Of a stretch of DNA of 64,000 bases, positions 44,251 through 52,773 are shown one piece after another. Source of the stretch: Nanobdellota archaeon (GTDB lineage: Archaea; Nanobdellota; Nanobdellia; Pacearchaeales; GW2011-AR1); the NCBI GenBank assembly GCA_024654565.1, contig JANLHM010000005.1:9239-73238 (forward strand). Reading direction: 5' to 3'. A program made the translations under genes and the position numbers. Numbering within the stretch: position 1 is the stretch's first letter; every line of letters starts with the position of its first letter. The notes under the pieces are model-generated. The model saw only the letters and a list, made by a program, of their open reading frames with translations, did no database searches and was not told the origin of the DNA.

Positions 44251-44799
44251 TTATTTCTTTTTTAGTGTAGAATGGTTATAAAGGTACTTCAGGTCAGTGT
44301 AGAAAGGGATTTCTTTTATCTTGAAAAACTTCACCTCAAAAAACCAGACTCCCACAACAAGAACAGTACTACCTGCATACCAAAGAAGCTTATGAAAGAA
44401 GTCAAAGTAGGGGGAAGCATTTACAAATAAAACTCCTAAAAATATTATTCTTATAATGTTTATTACAAGGAAAACTAAGAATGAAAAAAGAATCATTTTT
44501 ACTCTTTTTGAAATTTCAATTCCAGGTGTTGCCAAGTTTAATATGAAGAAAAGAAAGTAGGCTGAGCTTGCAACACACGCTCCAAAAATTTCAAGGGTGT
44601 AATCTCCTATTATTATTGAATCAAGTATTAAGAAGGCCTCAAAAAATATGTCAAGAAAATAAAAAACGGGGTATTTTGTTAAAGGGAGAAAAATGTCATA
44701 AATGACCTCAATAGCAAAGAAAGAAATAAATAAAACAAATAGATAACGAAATAAAATCTCTAACCCTTTTTTAAGTCTCTTATTCATCCCTTCCTTCAT
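44251..44799 (-). CDS. small exosortase/archaeosortase-superfamily protein (tentative)
   Basis: 182 aa, polytopic. Candidate catalytic residues appear in family-like contexts and order: Cys (IFGACVASSAYF), Arg (VINIIRIIFLG) and His (DFFHKLLWYAG). Confidence 0.5.
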   Translation of the reverse strand: MKEGMNKRLKKGLEILFRYLFVLFISFFAIEVIYDIFLPLTKYPVFYFLDIFFEAFLILDSIIIGDYTLEIFGACVASSAYFLFFILNLATPGIEISKRVKMILFSFLVFLVINIIRIIFLGVLFVNASPYFDFFHKLLWYAGSTVLVVGVWFFEVKFFKIKEIPFYTDLKYLYNHSTLKKK

Positions 44800-44834
44800 T
44801 AATATAGATAAAAAATATTATTTAAATAAACTTT

Positions 44835-44921
44835 GGTATAATTGATATACTGGATATAATGAGAACAATGGGTATAATTGATATACTGGATATAATGAGA
44901 ACAATGGGTACAATTGATATA
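44835..44921. repeat. 36-bp tandem repeat, 2.4 copies
   Basis: ggtataattgatatactggatataatgagaacaatg occurs at 44835-44870 and 44871-44906 (identical), with a partial copy at 44907-44921. Confidence 0.9.
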
Positions 44922-44944
44922 GGAAAAACGAGATAAAGGAAAAA

Positions 44945-46585
44945 TTAATGTTTTTTCAAAACCCTTCTTGCAACAATAATTATTACCACAAGTAAGATTA
45001 CGTTCAGTGCAACTATCCCAATTAACTGCCAGTTCCAACTCTTGAAACCAATGTCTTCAAATAATGAACCTTCTTCAACTGACAAAAGAACAGGTTTAGT
45101 AATTAAAGTCTGTCCATTTGAAGTTGCAACCAACTTAAATTCCCTTTCTCCTGCACTGTCCCCTTTAAGTTTTAGAGTCACAAGAACTTCTTTTGATTCT
45201 CCTCCCTCAAGAGTGAAAGTCTGAGGTTCAATTTCGATGAGGTTTGCCCATGAATTATACTCTTCAGCACTTAGTATGAAATTTGCAGATTTAGTGTCCT
45301 CATTTTTCAAATAAACTTTAATCACAACTTCACTTCCTTCTTTAGATTCGCCTGAAAAGAGTTCAGCGTTTAAAGTTGGAGCACTTACCGCACAATTTCC
45401 TTCAACTTTTAAGTATGCAGTGAATGTTTTGTCCGAAATATACCTATAGTCATCATTGTTTTCTCTATAATCATAATATGTTCTCATAGACAGAGAATAC
45501 ATTTTTTCAGATGCGTCTGATGGAACTCTAAATGACAAGGAAGTGGTAGTCATCTCACCAGAATCTAAATCACCAATTATCACATCCTCGACTTCAATTC
45601 CGAGTTCCTGGTTAAACAAAACAACTTTTATTTTATCTTCAAAGTCTTTTGTTCCAACATTGAAAACGTCCGCATGTAAATTCACATCCCTTCCACACTG
45701 AGCTACAAGGGGGTTATTTTGAAGGGAATATTCATCAATTATAACTCTCTTACCACTTGAACTTTCAGAAGCTATTTTTACTTCACCAAAGTATTTTGTG
45801 CTTCCAAGGTCATTTAGTCCATCTGAAAAATCAATACATGTTGTACTTTCTTTTCCATCAGGATATGCTTTAACAACAAAGTAATAATCTTCTCCTAATT
45901 CCACTTCACTTGGATTGACTCTAAATTCAAAAGTATATTTAGAGGATTTATCTCCCCCATCAATGTCTCCTGCTTCGTATTCTGCTTCATCAGGAGAAAT
46001 CCAAATCATGTCCTCAATTACATCTCTTGAAGTTCCTTTTTTAATAAGCCCTATCTGAAACATTACGTCTCTTAAATCTTTGTCATCATCTTCATTAAAT
46101 AGTCTTACTTCAACTGAAATCGGATCTAGGGGTTGCCATTCATCAATACTTCCCTCTCCATTATTCTTTACTTTAACTTCTAGTATAAGCTCTGAAGCAT
46201 TCATTGGACCTTCCTTACAGAACGACTTTACGTAATTAAGGCTGATTTCTTCTTCATCAAGAGGATCAGAAGAATTCACAAGACTAATTACATTCTCACT
46301 ATATTGTCCGATAGAAACTTCTGACAGGGAATTTAAAGTTGCAGTGAAAGATGTCGAATTGATGTTAGAAGTGTTTTCAGACATAACAATTGTAAAACGA
46401 TTATTTGTAATTGGAGACACATTAAAATTTTCTTCGGAATTAATTGTTATTGTTTCGTTCTGTCCAACCTTAGAGAAAACTGGAAGTGAACTTGGGGTAG
46501 TAGTGAAAGTGAAAGCACTCACTAAAACACTTAATGTCAAAACTAGTGCGAAAACTCCCGCAATTAACCTTAATCCTTTTTCCAT
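44945..46585 (-). CDS. surface protein with C-terminal aromatic motif + TM helix + basic tail
   Basis: 546 aa. Signal peptide (..LTLSVLVSAFT), beta-rich body, C-terminus ..FKSWNWQLIGIVALNVILLVVIIIVARRVLKKH. Confidence 0.75.
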   Translation of the reverse strand: MEKGLRLIAGVFALVLTLSVLVSAFTFTTTPSSLPVFSKVGQNETITINSEENFNVSPITNNRFTIVMSENTSNINSTSFTATLNSLSEVSIGQYSENVISLVNSSDPLDEEEISLNYVKSFCKEGPMNASELILEVKVKNNGEGSIDEWQPLDPISVEVRLFNEDDDKDLRDVMFQIGLIKKGTSRDVIEDMIWISPDEAEYEAGDIDGGDKSSKYTFEFRVNPSEVELGEDYYFVVKAYPDGKESTTCIDFSDGLNDLGSTKYFGEVKIASESSSGKRVIIDEYSLQNNPLVAQCGRDVNLHADVFNVGTKDFEDKIKVVLFNQELGIEVEDVIIGDLDSGEMTTTSLSFRVPSDASEKMYSLSMRTYYDYRENNDDYRYISDKTFTAYLKVEGNCAVSAPTLNAELFSGESKEGSEVVIKVYLKNEDTKSANFILSAEEYNSWANLIEIEPQTFTLEGGESKEVLVTLKLKGDSAGEREFKLVATSNGQTLITKPVLLSVEEGSLFEDIGFKSWNWQLIGIVALNVILLVVIIIVARRVLKKH

Positions 46586-46735
46586 TTTACTATTTCAGAG
46601 TTACATCCCTTTATAAAGTTTTATATTTTTTAGAATACAGGTTTATTTGGTTTTTTTGGGTTGTTTAATTAAATATGACCCCTAAATAAGAAAATATTTA
46701 TATATTACTTTCCCTTAAAATTAATATTATTAAAA

Positions 46736-47128
46736 ATGGTATTAAAATCTAGAGAAAACTCTATTGGGGCATGGGTCTTTTTGATCGGTATTGTAATAGC
46801 TATATTAATAGGAATTATAACTGCCTTTGTTTTGCCATGGGCAAAATTAATCCAATACAGTTCTCCACTTTATGGAATTTTAGTGATTTTGGGTCTTATT
46901 ATTGGGTTTAACATTAATGTTTCAGAAAAAGATGCTCAAACTTTCCTCGTGGTGGGGGCGGTTTTAGTAATTGTTAGTCGATTTGGGATGGAGAGTGTCA
47001 CAGGTTCATTAATCGGAATTGGTCTTGGGGATGCTGTTGCTTCAACCTTTTCGGCACTTCTTACCCTATTTGTTCCTGCAACAATAATTGTAGCAATAAA
47101 AACTGTTTTTTCGATCACAAGAATTTAA
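46736..47128 (+). CDS. membrane protein (hypothetical)
   Basis: 130-aa ORF with about 4 hydrophobic helices. Confidence 0.55.
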   Translation: MVLKSRENSIGAWVFLIGIVIAILIGIITAFVLPWAKLIQYSSPLYGILVILGLIIGFNINVSEKDAQTFLVVGAVLVIVSRFGMESVTGSLIGIGLGDAVASTFSALLTLFVPATIIVAIKTVFSITRI

Positions 47129-47757
47129 TTATTCTTTTCAAGGTTTTCCAGTTTCTCAAGATTGAGTATATTCCCGTCAGTTAAGTCCATTCTTGGGCAC
47201 GCAGTGTTTACCCAACAATCTATCTGAAAGTTTTCAAATTCACTGATGTTCAAATCATTTGCAATAAAGAGGTAAGCCTTTTTTCCTTTGAGATTTTGAG
47301 AATAATTTAGAGCACTCTTTAACCTTTGTTGACCAGGTTTATTTGTAACTAAAACCCCAATTTTTTTTGAAATTAAGTATTTTGAATACATTGCCCTTTC
47401 CTTTTTTTCCATTTTTTTAACATCAGCCTCAGAGATTTTTTCAATTGTCTCGTCCTCCAAAATATATGTTGGAAGTTTAGATTCATATGCTAAAGAAACT
47501 GAGTGAAATTTCGCCTGGCCAATTATAAGAATTGCCTCAGTATTCCTCGGAAATTTTGGATTTGAACACCCCAAAACTTGAGTTTTAGAAACAACATTCT
47601 TGTTGGTTATTTTTTCAATATTCCTTGCAATTTCAACAAATTGATTTGAATAACAAAGAGCAATATTTTTTTCAGGAATTTTTTCGTTAAGGAGTTTTTT
47701 TACCTTCTCGTAATCGGGAACTCCCCTTATTTTTGCAGTTATGAACAAAGTTTTCAT
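47125..47757 (-). CDS. dph2: diphthamide synthesis protein Dph2-like (unusually short)
   Basis: 210 aa. ..QVLGCSNP.., ..IIGQAKFHSVSL.., ..IGVLVTNKPGQQRL.. and ..IDCWVNTACPRMDL.. follow the Dph2 block order. Confidence 0.6.
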   Translation of the reverse strand: MKTLFITAKIRGVPDYEKVKKLLNEKIPEKNIALCYSNQFVEIARNIEKITNKNVVSKTQVLGCSNPKFPRNTEAILIIGQAKFHSVSLAYESKLPTYILEDETIEKISEADVKKMEKKERAMYSKYLISKKIGVLVTNKPGQQRLKSALNYSQNLKGKKAYLFIANDLNISEFENFQIDCWVNTACPRMDLTDGNILNLEKLENLEKNN

Positions 47758-47863
47758 AAAACAACTCTGAAAAGAGATTTTAAAAATGCTTTTGATTAAA
47801 AAAAATAAGTTTAGTCTTTAGATTATAAGAAATCAAGGGAATTAAACCGCGCAAAACAAAGGT

Positions 47864-48163
47864 TTAATCCTCGAATGAAGGTCCCCAATCTAAGACATCG
47901 CAGGAAAAGCATCTGTAAAGTCCATTTTTTAAGTCAGTTATTGCCGTATAAACTTCTTTTTTCCGATACCAAAAAACCGTTGTGTTCCCCCGAAAAAAAA
48001 CCTCAAATTTGGAATTTCTTATTTCCGCAAAGTCATATGCTTCCATTTTTTTTGGTCCATACTTTTTACTTTTTTCCCAAAGAAATTCATCAAGGCTTGA
48101 AACTATCCCCAGATTCTCAACAACCTGCAATTGAAGGCAATCAAGCCAAAACTTTTTATCCAT
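47864..48163 (-). CDS. hypothetical protein
   Basis: 99-aa ORF. No motif recognised. Confidence 0.4.
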   Translation of the reverse strand: MDKKFWLDCLQLQVVENLGIVSSLDEFLWEKSKKYGPKKMEAYDFAEIRNSKFEVFFRGNTTVFWYRKKEVYTAITDLKNGLYRCFSCDVLDWGPSFED

Positions 48164-48213
48164 TTAAAAAAAACAAAAACTCAAAAACTTATAAAACTTT
48201 TCTAAAAAAAGAC

Positions 48214-48606
48214 CTAATAGTCATCCATTAACTTTCTTCCTTCAGACTTCTCTTTAGGAACGTGCTTCTCAATCTTAGCAAAAGAAGGAGTCACAACAAT
48301 AATATTCTCTCCAAATCCTGCAATTGCCCCTTCAAGAGCATCAGCAGTTTTCTTTATTTTTGAGATTGCCCTTTTCAATTCAATTGGATCTTTTTTCTTT
48401 AAAATTCTTATATCAATAACTGCAATTGTGTAGCCTTCTCTTAATGCGTTAAGAATTTGAGTTGAATCTTCATAATCATTAAGGTTGAAAAGCTTCACTG
48501 AAACTTTATTTTCCTTTTTTTCTTGGTTTAAGTCAATCTCCAAGTATTCATCACCTGAGAACTCATCTTTACTTCCAAACATTTTTTTGAATTTTTCGAA
48601 TGCCAT
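48214..48606 (-). CDS. sepF: cell division protein SepF (archaeal type)
   Basis: 130 aa. ..VKLFNLNDYEDSTQILNALREGYTIAVIDIRILKKKDPIELKRAISKIKKTADALEGAIAGFGENIIVVTP.. fits the SepF/DUF552 pattern. ftsZ lies 3 kb away. Confidence 0.7.
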   Translation of the reverse strand: MAFEKFKKMFGSKDEFSGDEYLEIDLNQEKKENKVSVKLFNLNDYEDSTQILNALREGYTIAVIDIRILKKKDPIELKRAISKIKKTADALEGAIAGFGENIIVVTPSFAKIEKHVPKEKSEGRKLMDDY

Positions 48607-48699
48607 AGTAAATTTAGAGGGATGAGATTTATAAAGATTTCGGAGTTTTTTTATAAGTATTAATCAAAATTATCAGGATTAATCAAAAAAGAAATTTTT

Positions 48700-49020
48700 C
48701 TAATTTTTTTTGTTTTCTTTTAAGATTTCTTCCCTAATTTTTTTTGTTTCTTCAGAAAGCTTCTCTTCTTGAATTTCAAGTTTCTCAAGACGCATTTTAA
48801 TAAGCTTTTCCTTTGAGTTTAGCTCATCCTCAATTTTTTCTTTTGGAACTTTAAGCATTAACTGTCCAATAATCTTGTAAACATCCTCTTTTGAATTTTT
48901 AATTTCTTTAAGAGCAGAGATTGTTTCATTTAATTCCATACTAAAAGCCTGTTTTTGCATTAAAATTGCATTTAGGTTTTCCTGAAAGAACTGCATTTTT
49001 TGTATTTTATCTTTTTCCAT
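48700..49020 (-). CDS. pfdB: prefoldin beta subunit
   Basis: 106 aa with a coiled coil / beta hairpin / coiled coil pattern (..ALKEIKNSKEDVYKIIGQLMLKVPKEK..). Sits in the usual L37Ae-RpoP-prefoldin neighbourhood. Confidence 0.8.
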   Translation of the reverse strand: MEKDKIQKMQFFQENLNAILMQKQAFSMELNETISALKEIKNSKEDVYKIIGQLMLKVPKEKIEDELNSKEKLIKMRLEKLEIQEEKLSEETKKIREEILKENKKN

Positions 49021-49085
49021 TTTTGAAAATTTTGTTTAAATTATTTTTAAGCCAAAAATTACTTATTTGATTTAATCAAAATTAT

Positions 49086-49223
49086 TTATTCAGCTTTAAT
49101 AGTTTTAACTTTTCTTCTCGGTTTAAAGAAAATTTTTGAGTCACAGTGAGGACATTTAAATCTTTTTTTAAGGTCTTCACTTTTTATTTCTTTTCCGCAT
49201 TTGAAACATTTATATTCTGCCAT
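49086..49223 (-). CDS. rpoP: DNA-directed RNA polymerase subunit P (Rpo12)
   Basis: 45 aa, hand-translated (below track cutoff): MAEYKCFKCGKEIKSEDLKKRFKCPHCDSKIFFKPRRKVKTIKAE. CxxC..CxxC zinc ribbon plus the ..FKPR motif. Confidence 0.75.
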   Translation of the reverse strand: MAEYKCFKCGKEIKSEDLKKRFKCPHCDSKIFFKPRRKVKTIKAE

Positions 49224-49224
49224 T

Positions 49225-49443
49225 TTAATCAAGATAGAATGTGTTTGATGCAAATTTCTTCTCGCATCTGCTACACTTCCAAACTCCTTTTGAGATTCTT
49301 TTTACCCCTTCTTTTTCACAAAAAGGACACTTCTGCTTAACTTTTTGTTTGGTCTCAACTTTCACTAATTTGTCTCTTACTGTTTTTCCGTAACGAGCTC
49401 CAAACCTTCCAGCTGACTTTGTTTTCTTTGATTTTGTTGTCAT
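49225..49443 (-). CDS. rpl37ae: 50S ribosomal protein L37Ae (eL43)
   Basis: 72 aa. ..AGRFGARYG..R......E.......CPFC....VKR...G.W.C..C...F pattern. Confidence 0.9.
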   Translation of the reverse strand: MTTKSKKTKSAGRFGARYGKTVRDKLVKVETKQKVKQKCPFCEKEGVKRISKGVWKCSRCEKKFASNTFYLD

Positions 49444-49465
49444 TTTTTTGAATTTTACTTTTGAA

Positions 49466-49538
49466 TGGGGCTGCCCGGATTTGAACCGGGGTCGTCAGGT
49501 CCCAAACCTGAAAGGCTACCAGGCTACCCCACAGCCCC
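49466..49538 (-). tRNA. tRNA-Pro (anticodon UGG)
   Basis: The reverse complement GGGGCTGTGGGGTAGCCTGGTAGCCTTTCAGGTTTGGGACCTGACGACCCCGGTTCAAATCCGGGCAGCCCCA folds into a cloverleaf with anticodon loop TTTGGGA. Confidence 0.9.
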
Positions 49539-49582
49539 TTCCTTATTCACCTCTGGAACCTGAAATGATTTATAAATGTATT

Positions 49583-50305
49583 TTATTTTTTAGCCGATTT
49601 TGCAGGAGCTTTTGCTGGTGCTTTTGCTGGAGTTTTTGCAGCGGCTTTTTCAGGTGTCTTTGTTGAGGCTGTTTTTGCCGTTGCAGCTGCTGCAGGTGCA
49701 GATGCTACTGAGGCTGCTTCAGCTTCTTCTTTCTGCTTTGCTTCAACCTTCAGTTTCTTATCCTGTTCGTCCTTTACTTTATCGAAAAATTCTTTTAGTT
49801 CCTTTATTTTTTCAGGAGGTGTGACTGTTCTAGCTTCTTTAATCTCTTTGTCAAACTTTCCTTCTTCAATTAGGCGTTCAATTTCAACAGGATGCAAGTT
49901 TTCAATTAAAAGCCCCAGACTTACGCAACTTCCAGCAACAGTCTTAACTGCTGACTTTAAATCATTACAAAGTAAATTTTCCATTTTTGCCTTTGCAACA
50001 GAAATTATCTGCTCAATTGAAAGGTTTCCAACTTTTGTCTTCTTTTGAAGACCTGAACCCTTTGCGATTCCAGCTTCTTTTTTTAATAGGCCTGAAACTG
50101 GGGGTGAAAAAACCTGAACTTCAAAAGTTTTTTTAGAGATATCTACTTCGATTTCAACTGGAACTTGCATTCCTTTGAAAGAAGCTGTTGCCAAATTTAC
50201 CTGTTCAATTACTTTGTTTATTGGAACTCCTGCTGGCCCAAGTTTCTGACTAAGAGCAGGTCCTGGTTTCATTGCTCCTCCATCAACTAAAAGTTTTATG
50301 TTCAT
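49583..50305 (-). CDS. rpl11: 50S ribosomal protein L11 with ~80-aa Ala/Lys/Pro-rich C-terminal extension
   Basis: The N-terminal ~160 aa are canonical L11 (..GGAMKPGPALSQKLGPAGV..). The tail ends ..AKTPAKAPAKAPAKSAKK. Confidence 0.9.
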   Translation of the reverse strand: MNIKLLVDGGAMKPGPALSQKLGPAGVPINKVIEQVNLATASFKGMQVPVEIEVDISKKTFEVQVFSPPVSGLLKKEAGIAKGSGLQKKTKVGNLSIEQIISVAKAKMENLLCNDLKSAVKTVAGSCVSLGLLIENLHPVEIERLIEEGKFDKEIKEARTVTPPEKIKELKEFFDKVKDEQDKKLKVEAKQKEEAEAASVASAPAAAATAKTASTKTPEKAAAKTPAKAPAKAPAKSAKK

Positions 50306-50307
50306 TT

Positions 50308-50757
50308 TTATTCTCCTTCTGACTCTCTTCTTATAACTTTAACGTTATCTAATTTAATTGTGACAGGTAATGGGACGACTGCTCCCAAAAGGCTTACCAC
50401 TACTTCTTCTTTTTGCTTGTCTATTCTTAAAACTTTTGCTTTTTCTCCTTTAAGAGTTGAACTGATTATTTCAACAATGTCTCCCTCTTCTATTGAAACT
50501 GTTGCAGCACTTGTTTCGAGCATATTTTTTATTTCGTCATAAGTAATAGTTTTTCCGACGATTCCTTTTATGTAAGGAAGGTTGTAAACTGATTCTTCCG
50601 CAGAGTCTCTGTCTTCAGACTCTAAAATTATGTAACCACGTAGACCATGAGGCCTTAAAACAGAATAAACATTAATACTTTTTTTCTTCACTCTCTCTGC
50701 AATCATGTCAACCGCTGACTCTTCTTTATTTGTCTGAACTTTTATAATAAATATCAT
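50308..50757 (-). CDS. spt5: transcription elongation factor Spt5 (NusG)
   Basis: 149 aa. NGN domain plus a KOW motif (GDIVEIISSTLKGEKAKVLRID). Immediately upstream of rpl11. Confidence 0.85.
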   Translation of the reverse strand: MIFIIKVQTNKEESAVDMIAERVKKKSINVYSVLRPHGLRGYIILESEDRDSAEESVYNLPYIKGIVGKTITYDEIKNMLETSAATVSIEEGDIVEIISSTLKGEKAKVLRIDKQKEEVVVSLLGAVVPLPVTIKLDNVKVIRRESEGE

Positions 50758-50864
50758 TTTGTTTTTTTTGTTTTAATTTGGTTCTAACTACCCCCAACAC
50801 TTTAGAAGTAGTACTAATATTTAAGAGAAGTGCTTTATAAAGTTTTCTTTAGGTAAAACAAAAG

Positions 50865-51368
50865 TTATTTTAGAGTATAAACTCTCCCTTCAAAATAGAT
50901 AAAGTTTTGAACTTTGTCAAGTCCAACATCTCTTAAAAGTTCATAAGGAACTGCATGAGTTTTTGACCTCACTTCAAAAAGCATTTCTTTCATATTTCCT
51001 TCCATATACTCAGGGTATTCATCAAATTCATTAAAGAGAGTTAAGGCTGGAACCATTTTTGAAAAGATTTTAAGTTTTTCTTTATTGATTTTACATTTTT
51101 TCATCTTCTCAACAAGAAGGATAAAATTAGCACATATCTTACCAAACTCTTTCTCTCCAATTTTAGACTCAAGAGCTTTTTCAAAAGCTTCAACTTCTTT
51201 TGAATTGTAATAAAAATCAACCGCGCCATTTTTACAGACAAAAATTGTCTTTTTGAATCCAGTACCAATCAACTTGGGAAGGTCCTCTGATTCTCCCATA
51301 TACCACGCTTTTATTTTGTCGAGGTTGTAGAACCTTGTTACCTCATAAGAATATTCTTTCTTTTTCAT
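50865..51368 (-). CDS. hypothetical protein inserted between secE and spt5
   Basis: 167-aa ORF. Its start shares one nt with the secE stop (TAATG). No motif recognised. Confidence 0.55.
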   Translation of the reverse strand: MKKKEYSYEVTRFYNLDKIKAWYMGESEDLPKLIGTGFKKTIFVCKNGAVDFYYNSKEVEAFEKALESKIGEKEFGKICANFILLVEKMKKCKINKEKLKIFSKMVPALTLFNEFDEYPEYMEGNMKEMLFEVRSKTHAVPYELLRDVGLDKVQNFIYFEGRVYTLK

Positions 51369-51541
51369 TAAATGTGTTTTGCGACAGTCATCAAAAGAGC
51401 GATTATGAAACCAAAAACACCGAGTATTAAAATTCCTATTGCAGAAACTTTTGAAGTCATTTCAAACTCTTTTCTTGTCGGCTTTTTAAGAGTCTTCCAC
51501 ACTCTCACGCATTTGTGATAAAATGATTTTAAGCTTTCCAT
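51368..51541 (-). CDS. secE: preprotein translocase subunit SecE (Sec61 gamma)
   Basis: 57 aa, hand-translated (below track cutoff): MESLKSFYHKCVRVWKTLKKPTRKEFEMTSKVSAIGILILGVFGFIIALLMTVAKHI. Has the K.P...E motif plus a single C-terminal TM helix, in the conserved position between ftsZ and spt5. Confidence 0.7.
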   Translation of the reverse strand: MESLKSFYHKCVRVWKTLKKPTRKEFEMTSKVSAIGILILGVFGFIIALLMTVAKHI

Positions 51542-51581
51542 AGTTAAAGTAGAGAAGGAGAGTTTTTAAAATTAATTAATT

Positions 51582-52679
51582 TTACTCTAAAAATTCAATT
51601 CCAAGTTCTTCTTCCATCTCACGATGTCTTTTTGAATCGAAGTCTTCACCGTTCCCAAGAACTTGAGAACTTTTTACCCCAGTCACAATTAAAAGAACTC
51701 TTATTGATTTAGACATATCTGGAGAAATTTTTGCTCCCCAAATCATTTTAGCATCCTGACTTAATCTTCCTCCCACTGTTTGGATAATCTCTTTACATTC
51801 ATCAAGGCTCATATCATTTCCCCCAATTATGTTTACGAGTGCGCCCTTTGCCCCTGAGATGTCCACATCAAGGAGAGGGTTTTCTATTGCTTTACGAACG
51901 GCATCGCTTGCCCTTCTTTCAGTATCACTTTCTCCCATTCCTATTAAAGAAACACCCCCTTCAACCATTACGGCCTTTATATCCGCAAAGTCAAGGTTTA
52001 CAAGTCCTGAAGTTGTAACAAGTTCTGTTACCCCCTTAACTGCATTAGTTAAAATTTCATCCGCAATTTTGAAAGCGGTGTGAAGAGGAAGTTCAGGAGC
52101 TAGTTCCAAAAGTTTGTCATTTGGAATAACAATTAAAGTGTCCGTTATTGCTTCCATTCTTTCAAGGCCATAAACTGCATTCTCAATTCTTTTTGCACCT
52201 TCAATTGTAAAAGGCATTGTCACGACCCCAATAGTTAAAGCACCAAGTTTTTTGGCAATAGCTGAAACTACAGGTGCTGCTCCTGTACCAGTTCCACCAC
52301 CCATTCCGCATGTGATAAAAATCATGTCACTCCCCGAGAGCTTTTTCTTTATTTCAGCTTCAGACTCTTTAGCTGCTTCTTCACCAATCTTTGGATTACT
52401 TCCCGCGCCTAAACCTTGAGTTAATTCCTTTCCTAAAAGTATTTTTTGATCTGCATTAGTATAAAGTAAATCCTGTGCATCAGTATTCATCGCAATAAGT
52501 TCACCCCCCCTAATTCCAATTTCTTTCATACGGTTAAGAGAATTTCCTCCCCCTCCGCCAATACCCACAACTTTTATTCTTGTTGACTGTTTTTTCAGGA
52601 TTTCCTCTAGCTCTTTATCCACTTCCCTTGAATTAGAAAGGCTTGAACTAAAATCCAAACCAGAACTACTTTCTCCCAT
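51582..52679 (-). CDS. ftsZ: cell division GTPase FtsZ
   Basis: 365 aa with the [11 protein letters not shown] and [13 protein letters not shown] tubulin signature motifs. Confidence 0.95.
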   Translation of the reverse strand: MGESSSGLDFSSSLSNSREVDKELEEILKKQSTRIKVVGIGGGGGNSLNRMKEIGIRGGELIAMNTDAQDLLYTNADQKILLGKELTQGLGAGSNPKIGEEAAKESEAEIKKKLSGSDMIFITCGMGGGTGTGAAPVVSAIAKKLGALTIGVVTMPFTIEGAKRIENAVYGLERMEAITDTLIVIPNDKLLELAPELPLHTAFKIADEILTNAVKGVTELVTTSGLVNLDFADIKAVMVEGGVSLIGMGESDTERRASDAVRKAIENPLLDVDISGAKGALVNIIGGNDMSLDECKEIIQTVGGRLSQDAKMIWGAKISPDMSKSIRVLLIVTGVKSSQVLGNGEDFDSKRHREMEEELGIEFLE

Positions 52680-52773
52680 ATGAATAAAATAACTAAATCT
52701 GTTTATAAAAATTGTTGTTCTTAAGATTTGGATTTTTTGTTATTCTCCCCTAAACTTATCAAAAAATTCTTTT

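Noticed and set aside
44835-44921. Possibility that the 36-bp repeats are a small CRISPR array.
   Set aside because: The copies are directly adjacent with no spacers, there are only 2.4 units, and no cas genes are present in the window.
44799-45038. 79-aa minus-strand ORF containing CTHCSHYIQYINYTHCSHYIQYINYT.
   Set aside because: The internal repeat is simply the translation of the 36-bp tandem DNA repeat, and the ORF overlaps the end of the 546-aa gene. It is treated as an artefact.
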